A stretch of DNA of 64,000 nucleotides from Trichoplax adhaerens. Taxonomy: Eukaryota > Animalia > Placozoa. The translations under genes were made by a program, and so were the position numbers. Shown here one piece after another: positions 1-12,400 of the stretch. Below the pieces are notes generated by a model that saw only the letters and a list, made by a program, of their open reading frames with translations, had not been told where the DNA came from and ran no database searches. Location of the stretch: assembly GCF_000150275.1 (NCBI RefSeq), contig NW_002060978.1, forward strand, positions 1-64,000, written 5' to 3'. The stretch's first letter is position 1, and the number at the start of each line of letters is the position of its first letter.

Positions 1-166
1 CCTAACCCTAACCCTAACCCTAACCCGAACCCTAACCCTAACCCTAACCCCTAACCCTAACCCTAACCCTAACCCTAACCCTAACCCTAACCCTAACCCT
101 AACCCTAACCCTAACCCTAACCCTAACCCTAACCCTAACCCTAACCCTAACCCTAACCCTAACCCC
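1..166. repeat. Telomeric repeat array (CCCTAA)n = TTAGGG telomere; left chromosome end
   Basis: About 27 tandem CCCTAA units from base 1, C-rich strand on +, as expected at a left end. Single variants CCCGAA (24-29) and CCCCTAA (48-54). Abrupt switch to unique AT-rich sequence at ~167. Confidence 0.98.
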
Positions 167-1778
167 ATTTAGCACGGATTTCATATCTAATATCCATTAC
201 TGAAAAGGTATCTAAAAAATAATTGAGTGTATATCTAGAGAAATTAAGGATTGTATTACTAATTATCCGTTCGATATCGATTCAGGATTTAACCTTTATT
301 AACACCATTGATGATACCGATAATTCTAAATTAAGTAACTGTAATTACAATTTTAGCTGTTTAATGCTCCTTAATTAAAAAATGATATTAAAGATTTTAT
401 CATTCATAAAAAATGAGTAGTTTGGATACATCTGTAAATCGAATGCAGAAGGTAGTCTCTACAAATTAGATGTCATTTAACCCTAACCATAAACGGCAAT
501 ACAAGTAGATACAACAGTGAATTAGATTCTCAATAGGGATTATATTGTTTTCTACGATTATTATTTTATCACTGATCATATTTATTGTGGTATATTTCAT
601 AAAGTAAATGTGGATTTTGATCTAAAGTAGTCATATGCTTAATGAAATGAATACAAATCTATACTTGGATTGTTTCTCAATTAAACTTTTGTATTTATGA
701 AACTGATACAACATACGTATCTTACTATAATATTAAGTAATGAAATGATATCGGTACTGAGCCAATGTTATTGTTTAACATAATTTTCTCTGTTTATGGG
801 TATGTAATGATATTACATATAGATGTCGATTAAATCCAAGATTGTCTAGTGCTAATATAAATGAACCGGAAAAAAAATGAAATAATCACCACAACATCGG
901 CCAACGGTTCTACGATGATATGAGGTTCTGCAAATTAGCAGCTAGCTGCTATATCATTAAGTTAGATTATGGCACAGATTTTTTTTGAAGTATTAGTTCC
1001 ATCTTGAAAGTTCTTTATGAACATACGAACAAAGTCTGCAGTCTTCAACAGATCTGAAACTAGAATCGCCATCTTGAATAGCTTGCGTAAGTCTTACATT
1101 TTTATGAGCGCAAAATAGTAAGTACTGATGAAGGTCAAGGACCAATTTTAATTATAGAGATTTGCTTAATCTGTTCTGGCGCCTCATAAATTATCTGTCG
1201 ATTCTTATTTATTCAGCAAATTAATACACTGCAGATATACGATGTAAGTAACATTACAAATTTTCTGATGCCCAACACTATCTTAATTCTAAAAACAAAA
1301 TTTTATTAGCAACTTTATACGATCTTAGATAATTAGCAAACATAGTTAAAAACAACTTATGAAACGTTTATCATGCTCAGATAGCAATCATCGTATTTAT
1401 TCCTGAATGCCCTCAAATTTGTTACTGATCTACTGCTGATATAATCTAAAAGTACGCACAGTTTCTGTTACTTATGCTCAATGAAGCATGAGTCAAGTCG
1501 TTTAGACCCTTAAATATTCAACTAAGTCAAAATTTTAGGATAAAAGACAAGTCGAAAATTAGTTTTATGAAATTACTACCAATTACAGCTAGAATACAGT
1601 TAGCTAAGTGTCAAAGTCCGATTAGGTCTCCTGTCTTTAAAATCTAAATTTCTGATACCTTCTGCAATTATATAAAGTCATAGTAAAAATTATGAAAGAT
1701 TGTTACGAAAAACTGCAACTTTGAAAACATTCCATGCGACGCTTTCCGTCCATCAGGATCTCGCTAGATCCAAAAAAT

Positions 1779-4700
1779 TTATTTCTTGTCACCCTTCGCT
1801 TTTAGTTTCTCCATTTCTACATAATAAGGGATCCTCACTGAATAATCAATTTAAGATCATAAAGAAACGGTATTGGACGATTACCTTGCTGAAGCTTTTG
1901 ATTCTCTTGCGCTAATTCAGAGTTTCTGGATGACAAATAAATAGCATCTTGTATTGATTCTTCAAGAAGTGATCTATAGGATTGGTCCATGGTGGCTTTT
2001 TGCTGTTCAAAAACGTCCCTGTAGTTTCGGAAGGTCTAACGTACAATTCAGAAGAAACCTTTAATATCATGGGTCTTAATATACGGGTATATTCTATGCA
2101 GAGAGAAGCAGTCCTACTTGAAATTGCTGAAGTTTTTGAATTTCGAATGCTTCCTTATGGCGTTTATAAACATTGTTGATATCGTCCTCCAATCTTGCCT
2201 TTTCCTGTTGCAATTTACTGATCTACAAATTTGTCAACAGTAATTTACGAGTAAGTTAGTTTAAGAATCAATGATAAGACATGTACTATAAAACAATACA
2301 TACCTTTAATGTGAGTATTGATCGTTCAGCCTTCATTTCTATTAGATCATTCTCTAGCTTTAGTATTTGTTGTTGCGAGTACTCGATTCCTTCTGCCATT
2401 TTTAACTACAGTCAGAGTATAAATAGCTATTAGATTTACACGTGATGTTAGTTTTTGCCCAAACATGACAGTTTTACCTGTACTTCAGCTTTTTCCTGCT
2501 GAATTTCAACTTTCATTCTTTCTAATTCTTCTTCAATTATTGCATCATCTTCCTTTTCTCGCTTTTTTCTTTCCTCTGCCTAGTATTTGTATTGTTTAAC
2601 TCATGTTATAAAGTAAGTAGACAATGAAACTGTTACTGCTGTACCTCTATGACTTGCTGTATTTCTAAATTGCCGCGGGAAGCACTGTATTGCATTTTAG
2701 CATCCTTAAGTATAAATTATTAGTTTATTAATAACACTAACAGTTGACAGATTATTAAACTATATGGCTACCATTTTTCCTTTTTTCATTTTCTCTTGAT
2801 TTTCTCTTAACCTTTTCTTGACATCTTTCAGGATTTCATTTTCGTGCTTCAATTTCTCTTTAACTTCATTAATTGCATTAACATATTGTTTGGTTTCTTC
2901 TTCTGATCGTTTATCTGAGTAGATTCATTAATATGAATTACATTAAATGGATTTAAAACATCAAGCATTTTCATATATAATAGGTTTGGATTAATAAAAC
3001 AGAAACTGTACTTGATTCTCCAAGCTTTGAATATTCAGATATTCGATTTTGCAAGTCGTCTTTCATTTCATCGACAACACGCCTCTTTTCTTTGTATTCC
3101 AGAGAGAGCTATGCGTAGATTTATAGCAGATTAGTTAATTCAGTTCAATTTAATATTTCTTATTAGATTTTCTTGACGTATAACAAATAATCTTACTGAG
3201 TCCTTTTCTTGCTGCAAGGTAACCAATTTTTCTTTTACTTCTCGGGTATCTTTCTTGTGGATATCAAAAACCCATTCTATCATACCCTATTGGCGATACA
3301 ATTGTTGTAATTTCAACATAAAACTATCATCAACATTGACTTAATCAAAATATTTGATTATTCGAACTGAAAATAACTTAATGTACCATTGCGCTTATGT
3401 ATACGTTACATAGCAGCTACCATCTCTAAATTTAACCACAGTACTCGTATACTAATATCACTTTTAGAGAAATGCTTTGATATCTCTAACCTTTTCAGCA
3501 AGATTGCGACGTCGTTCTTCTTCGTAAATATCAGAGTAGCGTTCCTTCTCGTACCAGGTTTGTCTCTTTGCAACATTAAGGTCTTTAATCATATCCTGTT
3601 TTAAAATTTTGTTGGCATTGTAGGAAAATTTACTAGGTGCAGATCAAATCAATCATTATAAGCTAAATTGACCTCTAGCCTCTGGATGTCTTCCTTATTT
3701 TGCACCGCTGCTTCTGGACTAGTTGAAGCAGTGGCTAATTTCTCTCTAAGTCTGTTTATCTCATCCCTAAGCTCTCTAATAACTCGCATATTGTCATCCT
3801 AGATGCATAAACAAAATTGGAACCCGTTAAAATGCGTTAATGCTATGCATGTCAAGAAAGACAAAGCCAATAAAAAAATCTGAATGTTTTCAACATTTTA
3901 AGCTTATAATATTAATAACCTCTGTTTGCTTAATAGTGTTCTTAATGCTTCGAATAGACTGAGTAAAGTCCAACGTATTTAGCGTTTCCTGATATTTTTC
4001 ACCTATAAATTGTTATTGGATTAACACTATGCTACATGATCCTACTTTTTGCTAAGTACCAACTTCGAAGCTATCTACTCGCAGCGAAATGCTATTTCAA
4101 GAGCCTTCTACCTGATGAAGAAACTGTTCCTATGAATACTGTACAGCTGTTACCGCCAAAAGCATCCTAATTGCACATTAGCGAGAAATAAGCAGAATAA
4201 TATAATCATATAACCATTCTTTAAAGAAAAGCATATACAATAGCAAATTGTAACCTGTAGTATTCGAGTGATTTTACTCTCTCTATATGGTATAACTGTT
4301 CGTTTCTTAGAATTTACGAGGTCTTGTACGACTTTATGAAGAGTGTTGACCCTAAATGAATGGTAGAGTTACTTAAGCATTTATATGTTCCCTAAATGAG
4401 AATGAATATCTAGGGGCTGACAAAATAAATAATGGTTACACTATATATTCTGGCAATTACTAGCTTTTGAATGCCATAGAAGGGATATTCATTTCATGAG
4501 CATTTGTCGAATACTTACCCTTTATTTGTCAGTTCATATCCTGATCCTTGACTATCCTTCTTCCGTGGTGGAGCTGCATACCATTTTTATTAAGTTATGA
4601 ATAATTGAATTTTTGAAAGCTTGAATAACAGTAACTAATTTTACCCAACCAATCTACATTACCAATAACCTCTAATTAATTTTCAGTGTACCTGTTATGC

Positions 4701-6275
4701 TGGCAATCACAATTTTGCTACGTAACCCGAGATCACCAGCATTTTCTTGTTGCTGTTCAATGGTTATGGTATATACATCGTCAGTTCTGCAATGATCGCA
4801 TTGTTAGCCAAGTAGTTTGAAATATACGAGTATGAGCAAAATTCTTAATAAACTTAAAGCAATCAATTAATTTTAATTAACCGTACTTTCTTGCTGCACC
4901 ACCACCTTTCTGGTCTTTCAACAGCTTTTTAACGCGACTACCTTGCTCATATAATTTCGTACAATCTTCGCTTGAGCGTACAACAATTTCAGAAAGACCA
5001 TCTATGTATCTGTGTAAAAGATATTAATGACGCTAATTTTACTTCAAATTCAAAAATAAAACTAAGTGTCGACAAAAAATATTTTAATAGTCTTCCTTAC
5101 AAGCCTAACTGCGGATGTTGTCTAATTTTCATTTCGTTTGAATGAGGATTTAGCAAATCTTGCATTTCTTCATCTCTAACCTATTCGATTTCTAACTGTT
5201 AGTTATATAAGTACAATATATAATTTTAAATCGAAATTAGCGTAGAAAGACCTCGAGAAATGAAGCAGTTGTAAGACAGCGTTTTCCAGATGATTGTAAT
5301 CCTTTGAAAATGGCCTGTGATAGCTGGAATGAATTATAATTATAACACACTTGAAACATAAATCTGGTGCAAAACATCGATAACAACTATGCATCTATAC
5401 ATTAATTAATTCAATAAAGTTGCTAAATTTAGATACTAGTAAGAAAGATCTTCCTACCAGAGGTACAATTCCAACTTGGTCTTCATTTCCTGACAAAGTA
5501 TGGGTTTTACCAGTACCAGCCTTAGCAAAGTAGTTAACGATATCTTTAGCACGATAGATAGTGTACTACAATTAAGAAATATTTACAAAGTACCTGTCCG
5601 TAAGTAACAATTGTTAAGTTCTTTCCAGATAGTGCTTTTTTAATTAGCGGCTCAACAGCATCATGGTATATGCTATCCTAATATTAATGAAACATTATTA
5701 GACGTTATATTTTTATTTCACATCCAAAATAACACCATTGCATAAATGACATCCAGTTTGCATACAGTTTTTGCGTCTGATGAGAAGCTGTAGTCGAAAG
5801 CAAAAGTTTGTTCCTGAAAGACAACAGCAGTAATAAAACGTTTTAGTAATAGTTAGGCAGGCGTTCATCTTTTACTATTTCGCATTAAATCAAAGTACTT
5901 AATATTTTCCTAAAGTTTTCATGAAATTTGATGCAATTACTGTTTACATGTACCTTGGTATCATTTCCAGAAGGATTAGGATTATGAATAATAACTTTTT
6001 CGTTGTGCATTTTAATGATTTTGGTTGCTCCTTGACCAGATTCAGAAGCTGTAATATCATTAACAGCATAGGCAAGTTCAGTTAGAGGAATAGAATTACA
6101 GAAAAACAAACAGAACAACATAAACCGATATTAAGCCTACCAGAGAAGGGACGACATCGGATAGAGGTTATTATATTCATAGATTCTTCCTAACAATGGT
6201 TAGATCCGCAAATTGCGATAAAAATATTGAAAGATACGAGATTAATTTACTGCGCTAATTATCCTAACTTGCCAT
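1779..6275 (-). CDS. Multi-exon kinesin-like protein (kinesin-3-type motor/neck, long coiled-coil tail) with degenerate switch I and II
   Basis: Hand-spliced exons give EESMNIITSIRCRPF (~6141-6190), EQTFAFDYSF, IVTYGQ|AGTGKTHTLSG..GIVP (P-loop, ~5594/5521), SFLE|VRDEEMQDLL..IRQHPQLGLYIDGLSE, IPYRESKITRILQ|DAFGGNSCTVFIGTVS, YQETLNTLDF, neck DDNMRVIRELRDEINRLREKL and KRQTWYEKE. Coiled-coil exons follow, ending EMEKLKAKGDKK* (TAA 1781-1779). Start is either ATG 6275 (ATG|GCAAGT GC-AG intron) or the internal Met near 6180. Confidence 0.9.
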
Positions 6276-7522
6276 TATTTAGTGATTGAAATGAAATCAG
6301 TAATGCTAAATCATAACACATAGTGATACAGTTGGCTTATAAAAGCATTTAAATTGACTATAAGCATAAACAATTATGAAGAGAATAACCTTGTTTGAAT
6401 AGATTAAACTGTATCTTGTTTTATAAAAGAGGAAGTACACGATATACTATATCTACTCCAATTGAACGAATAGATGAGTGAGTATGAACGTAATAAGTTA
6501 AGAAATTTTTAGCTTGTATAAAATCTCAATTTTAAGGAGCTAGATATTGCTATATCAACGGTGGAAATAAGAAACTGTGTTAAAATGATTTCACAGCGAA
6601 GTTTAGTTGCTTACATGCCGTATACACATGTACATGTCCAGTTAAATTAGTTATCATCGAGCATTCTATATCGAAATCGCATGCTTAGATAACATTTTTA
6701 CTGTTAACTTGCTAAAATCGCATGTATAAATTTACTACAACAATCCTCACTAATATAGACCGAAAATCTGTCACTTACGGTACAGAACATAATAACTAGC
6801 AGGAATAACAAACAGAAATATATCACCATTAAGTGTTAACCAATATTATAAATTCTTTGACATTTGAAGCAACATGTAGTAAGGGAATTATTCATACCAT
6901 GTTTGTGCCTCTGGTAATTTTCTTCCTGATTTGTGTATTTGTTATTCAAAAGTTCACCTTCGTGTCCCGTAGGCACTAGTTGCTAGTATTGATAGTCGAA
7001 GGTAGCAGTTATAACTACGGGATTAAACAAAATGCTTTACAGTAAATTGTGGTCAAAGCTTTTACAGATCGAAACTTTTCAATAAAATTGTGAATAACAG
7101 CGACTGGTCTCCAGTAGTAAAGCGATGTAAAGCTTGGACTTACACTTGGAAAGTGCATCTATTTTAAGTGATCTATCTCCAATTAATTAGCTATGGCACA
7201 GTACACAGGTGGATACCGTTGCGGTATATGGTACCGTACAGTATTTCTCTTGCAGTATAACAGCGATATTAAAAGTGACTGATGATCAACACAGTGCAAC
7301 TGGCTATTTCAGGGCCGTTACCAGCGCAACTGCATGATTAAAATAGCTAGCACTATGGTAATTAATAAAGACGGCATTAATGAAGGGAAAACTCCTTTTG
7401 CAGCAATAAGTACAAGAAAATTGCATACTGAAACATTTAGCTCGTTAGCTAGAAATAGCAGTACTGTATTGGTACTGTAGCATGTTATTTGAATTCTGTA
7501 AGATGCCCCGTCCTTTTCTCGT

Positions 7523-7568
7523 ATGACGCAGAACATGACTATTATGACGTCATAATCTCTATAGCAAC
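7523..7568. promoter_or_regulatory. CRE/ATF sites plus RFX X-box in the kinesin/PCM1 divergent promoter
   Basis: ATGACGCA (7523-7530), perfect palindrome ATGACGTCAT (7544-7553), then ATCTCTATAGCAAC (7555-7568), which matches the X-box consensus RTHNYY-WT-RRNRAC at all 14 positions. Confidence 0.55.
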
Positions 7569-7742
7569 GCTATTTCAACGTTGTGTAGAATGTAATTGGG
7601 CATACTTATGGCATCGTACTGAAACGGGACTCTCCATTGACCATTTTAGTATTCCCCAAATTTCCAACCGGAGATGTTTTAAAGTAATTATCGAGTCTTG
7701 CAGAAGTTTTAAGCAGAAGATCTCTGCAATCTTTATGTGAGA

Positions 7743-8356
7743 TTGTAGTACAGTACAGTGCTGCACTATGCTATACCGGTGAGGAAACTTTATGTACTGT
7801 ATAGTACAGGTATACAGTATGAACGAAATCAGCTCTGATGATAAGCACTGCAGTATACTGTGCATTGTGCAGCATTGTACCATGCCTGTATCGCGCCTGA
7901 TCGCGCCGAAATATTAAATAAAAAAATGATTTATTTATTTAACTGCCCGACTTGGCCAATTTATTTTATAATATAGTATAAACTACCATTCAGTTTCAAC
8001 TTGCAACTAAGAAAGAGTATTACGCTGTCAGATTGTTTTACGCCTTATCACGCAGCCTAGTTCAGAATTTTGTAGACAATCTACGCTCTGGCTCCGGCTA
8101 GACGGATACAGATCTGTTTTCACATGCAGACTGCTGACCATTTAACGTGGAATTCAGTATACCGTACTGTACTTCCGTACAGTGTACAGTACAGTCCAGT
8201 ATTCCTTTGCTATAACCGTACTGTATTGTACAGTACACAGTGTACAGTACTGTACAAGTGTACTGTACAGCCTGAGTACAGCATACCGTACAGTACACGG
8301 CGCAATCGCGCAAATGAATAATCCTGCGTTGTACATACTGTATACATACACTGTAG
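7743..8356. repeat. Two clusters (7743-7881, 8156-8356) of degenerate CAGTA/TACTG pentamers (TAC[A/T]GTA)
   Basis: e.g. tagtacagtacagtg, tactgtatagtacagg, gtacagtgtacagtacagt, tactgtacaagtgtactgtacag. They generate the spurious YCTVLY-type ORFs on both strands. Confidence 0.8.
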
Positions 8357-9469
8357 AGAAGTACATCAAGCTCGGGTAGATCTTTGGCGCTTCCTGGAAG
8401 GACTGGTATTTCAACAGTTTGACCGATATTTTATCCTATTTGATCCTTCTACGTCTAACCCACTGGTCGCCCTGGCTGCAGTCAGATGGTAAGAAATAGA
8501 CATTATAAAGTACCGTGTCATTTCAGCCTCGATTTTCTCGATGGAGTTAATTTTGAATTAATCATACACGTCTGATCAACGGGTTAATTTCATGACAACA
8601 AGTGCATCAAACGCGTTCTTATATTGGCAGTGCATGATATACAAAATTGAGAGAAAATTCCCAAAGAAATCAATATCGCATAAGTTATCACTGGAAATTA
8701 CTGTAATGTAGTGTACAGTCATATGTATCTTGAAATAAAGACTTGAAGATAATTGAGAAAACAAACATGTAATAAGACTCTTCTAGCTACCGAGCTACTG
8801 TTGCAACGTGGAGGCGGATTCGATGAAGTTGTTTGTGTCTATCAATCAGAATCGATAGACCTGTATTATAAGTAGTATTAAGCACTATATACAGACGACA
8901 CAGTTTACTAGACGACGTCCACAACATCAGCTAGACACTATCTTGGTATTCACCGTTACGGTCGTTATCTTGTGGCATCTACTTTACCGGAATAGATCCT
9001 GTCTGGAAGGACAGGCTATGTACCAACTACTGAGATAATTACAATCTGTAATAAGTCCAATAGTTACATTTTACAACGTACCTAGCGATTTTCAAAATCA
9101 TTGTCAGCAATGACTTCTAAAGCATATGCACAGTAATTTCTTTATTAGAATCATCAAAACTTAAATATTTCACCATTATCTGTATGTGGTAGAAAATTAC
9201 CAATAGCTACTATTGCAGTAAATAAGACGTCATGATTTGACGATGTCGTTCATTAATTACGGTTATATTAATAGTATCAAAGCTTACCCTTATACTGCAT
9301 CTGCTGAAGGTGGATAAATGAATGCATGACAGTCAAATAGTATTAAAAGCCGGTACTATCGATTGAATCGATCTTTTAAGTATAAATAAGGCGACCATAG
9401 GGAGTTAGAAAAATAGATATATTCTATACTGTGACAATGTGCCGATGTCATTGGTGTTCTAGGTAAGAG

Positions 9470-12400
9470 ATGGCTTCCAACTTGAAATACAGCAGCTCTT
9501 CCGAACCGAGACCAAAGCATTTACGGGTGTCAAGAATAACAAATGATCGCACACTAGCTCAATCTGCGCCAAAGCCGTCAAGCAAGGTGAATGGCATAAT
9601 ACTTTATCATATAGCATGGTTTATCCTGCACTATGCCGTTTTATATCAATTGGACAATTCTTAAATGACAAAGTGTTAAATTGCTGAGAAGCCCATGTTA
9701 TTGATAGACGTGCATGCTATAATTCCTATTGTAGTAATTATAGTTAATCAAGCTGCTACTTTTAATCTTAATCAACTTCCCTATGTTGTTATAAAAATTC
9801 GTCATATTTTACTTATACACGTACTTAATACTATACTAGAAGAATGCGACGACACCGTTAGCTACTATGCAAAGTGCTCCTTCGAATGAAAGGTAATTGA
9901 AAATTGATTTGACAGTCATAATAGGAAACGCAGACTACGAAGATCATATGTATTGATTGGCAGCTATAGTAATAACGATGCATAATTAATATGACAATAT
10001 ACGTTGCATACGTGTTGTAAATTTTTGCATATTTTAGCCATCGATTAAAAGATACCATCAATAGAAAAATTGCATTTGATGTTGATGAAGAAGAAATAGT
10101 GAGTTAAATGATATTTCTGTTTATTGCCCCTGTTGAATAAAAATTCCGTAATATGAAATCCTTAAAAATTGTTATTCCTTCTTTCTTTTATTGCAGAATT
10201 CGATGGAGAACGGAATAGATGATATCGAATCGTTTACTACGGAAAATCAAAGCGATATATCAGAAGCGGTTAGTTTGATGATAGTTATACTGTACGTTAT
10301 CTGCTATGAATACGTGTACTTTTAGTACTTCTTTCTTAGTTTTAAAATAACAAGGCATCCACTAAATGCAATATAACTGCTCCTCTATACTGTAGATTGA
10401 CTCTCAGATGGTTTATGAACGCCTGATGCAAGTGAGGGTAAGCTAACACTTTATTGTAGTAACTGTAATATTGTAGATTAATCTGAAATGTTTTACTCTG
10501 TGTGCAATAACAGAAATTTCTTAAGCAAGTTACGCAAAGATATAAAGAACTTCAAACTATAGAAGTTAATGATGATGGTAGAAAGGTATTTGTGACTTAT
10601 ATCTAATACCATTTTCCATTTAATTCTAACAATTGACTTTGTGCTCATGAATACAGAATTTGTATGCACAGCAAAAAATCAGACTTGCTGGATTTATTAA
10701 GACATTAAAGGGACAGGAGCAAGGATATTTAGATCTGATGAGAAAAGTTATGGTAGGTATTTCATTGCAAATGAAACTACATGTGGTATATTTGCAAATA
10801 TTGTGTTAATAGCTTGATTTATCCTCTGAAACCGAACCCTAACTAGAATACTGAGAATGTAAGATCTGAGGCAGACACAGAAAGCAATCTTTCGGAAACA
10901 TTGCGATACGATGATCAAATTGAAACTAATAATCCAACGAATGACTTAGTAATTGATGACTCTAAATTGCTAACAATTTTACAGTTAGATTGTTTCTTTG
11001 CTTACTCGCTTAGATCTAAGTCGAATGCTCTATTGCAGGCGGATGCAACGGAAGATGCCGCAGAAGAGATGAATGCTTTACGAAATAAATATGCGATTAT
11101 GCAAAATATCCTTACGCAACAAAAGGAGGTAAATCGCTGGATATCAGAAGTAAATTATAAAATTTGGATTGATTAAAGGTTTAGTAAATTTTAGCATTGT
11201 CTACGGTTATTAGCTGAATGAACTTCGTAGTCGTCAGGCCGCTTTAGTTGCATTGCAACAGCGATCGCAAGACCGACAAAACGATTTAAAGGTAATTGTA
11301 AAAGAGATCGTATTGCTATCCTATTCATGGCTTCAAGGTTGTTTTTAATACTAATTGAATGAACGTGTTTGCTCAGGATGCATCGAATGACCTATTTGCG
11401 GAGGCAGAACTACCAACAAAAATTGAAAATGTCAGATATGATTTACACTTATCATATTTAACATGAAACAAACTTACTGTCGCAACTCCTTTATTGCCGA
11501 TTTAGGATGAAACGGATAAAAGTAGTGAACCTGAAAGCGCTAATAAACGACAAGCTGAACTTTTAAACAAGATGCTACTATTGAAACATCGGCAACAGCA
11601 GTTAGACGATCTAATAAATCAATATCGCAGCGAGAAACAGCAGATACTTCAAGGTTGTGTATTCCGTTGAATGGGGATAATGTTGATAACAGATAAAAAT
11701 TTAAATTAATGAAGAACTTGGTATAGTAAAGTTGGAGTAGCTCAGAATCAGTTTATAAAGTACTATAGTATGCACTACAGAAAAATGACGATAGTTATTT
11801 GTTAAATTTATAAGTATCAGTAGGCGATTCGAAAAATGCCAGGAATATCGATAGCAATGAAAGGTATCTTCTGTAAAATTTTTCTTTCAATAATGACATC
11901 GAACGTATTGTAACATATAAGTGTATTCCTGTTTTTAACAGCATTCAAGATACAGAAAGTATGGAAAAATTTGCTGACGTCAATGATGATCCGGAGTTAC
12001 TGCAAAAATTAAGGTTAAATTCAAGCATCCTTTATTTTGATTTTAATACTGAAAGCCTAGATCTTATTCAATTTCTAAAACATCTTATCTTAAATTATTC
12101 AGATTATTGCAAGAATCACGATCGCGTGTCGCTCGTTTAAAGGAATTAATTCCTGAGGTTCGTCTAATGTTTTAGATATTTAGCTGAAATTTTACTCGGA
12201 AATCTGATATAAGTCATCAAACATAAAATAGTCGTCAGAATCGATGGCATCATCACAGGTTGTAATAGATGATGAGGAAGAGAATGCCGGTAGCAGTTCG
12301 ATAGACGACAGTCTAGCTATTTCAACGGAAGACCCTGAAATCCAAGAGAAATTAACGTAAGAACTATAGTAACTAGAACTTGTTTGCAATGCCTGAAAGG

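Noticed and set aside
24-54. Variant telomere units CCCGAA and CCCCTAA, and the short array length
   Set aside because: Isolated, distal variants are as likely consensus errors, and array length in an assembly reflects trimming.
900-1200. Possible exon fragments of a telomere-truncated gene
   Set aside because: Splice-like signals exist but there is no consistent frame or recognisable protein.
7575-8414. Cys/Tyr/Thr/Val-rich ORFs on both strands (also 30860-31150)
   Set aside because: Translation artefacts of the CAGTA/TACTG repeats.
10829-10844. AACCGAACCCTAAC interstitial telomere-like motif
   Set aside because: Only about two degenerate units in an intron; expected by chance.
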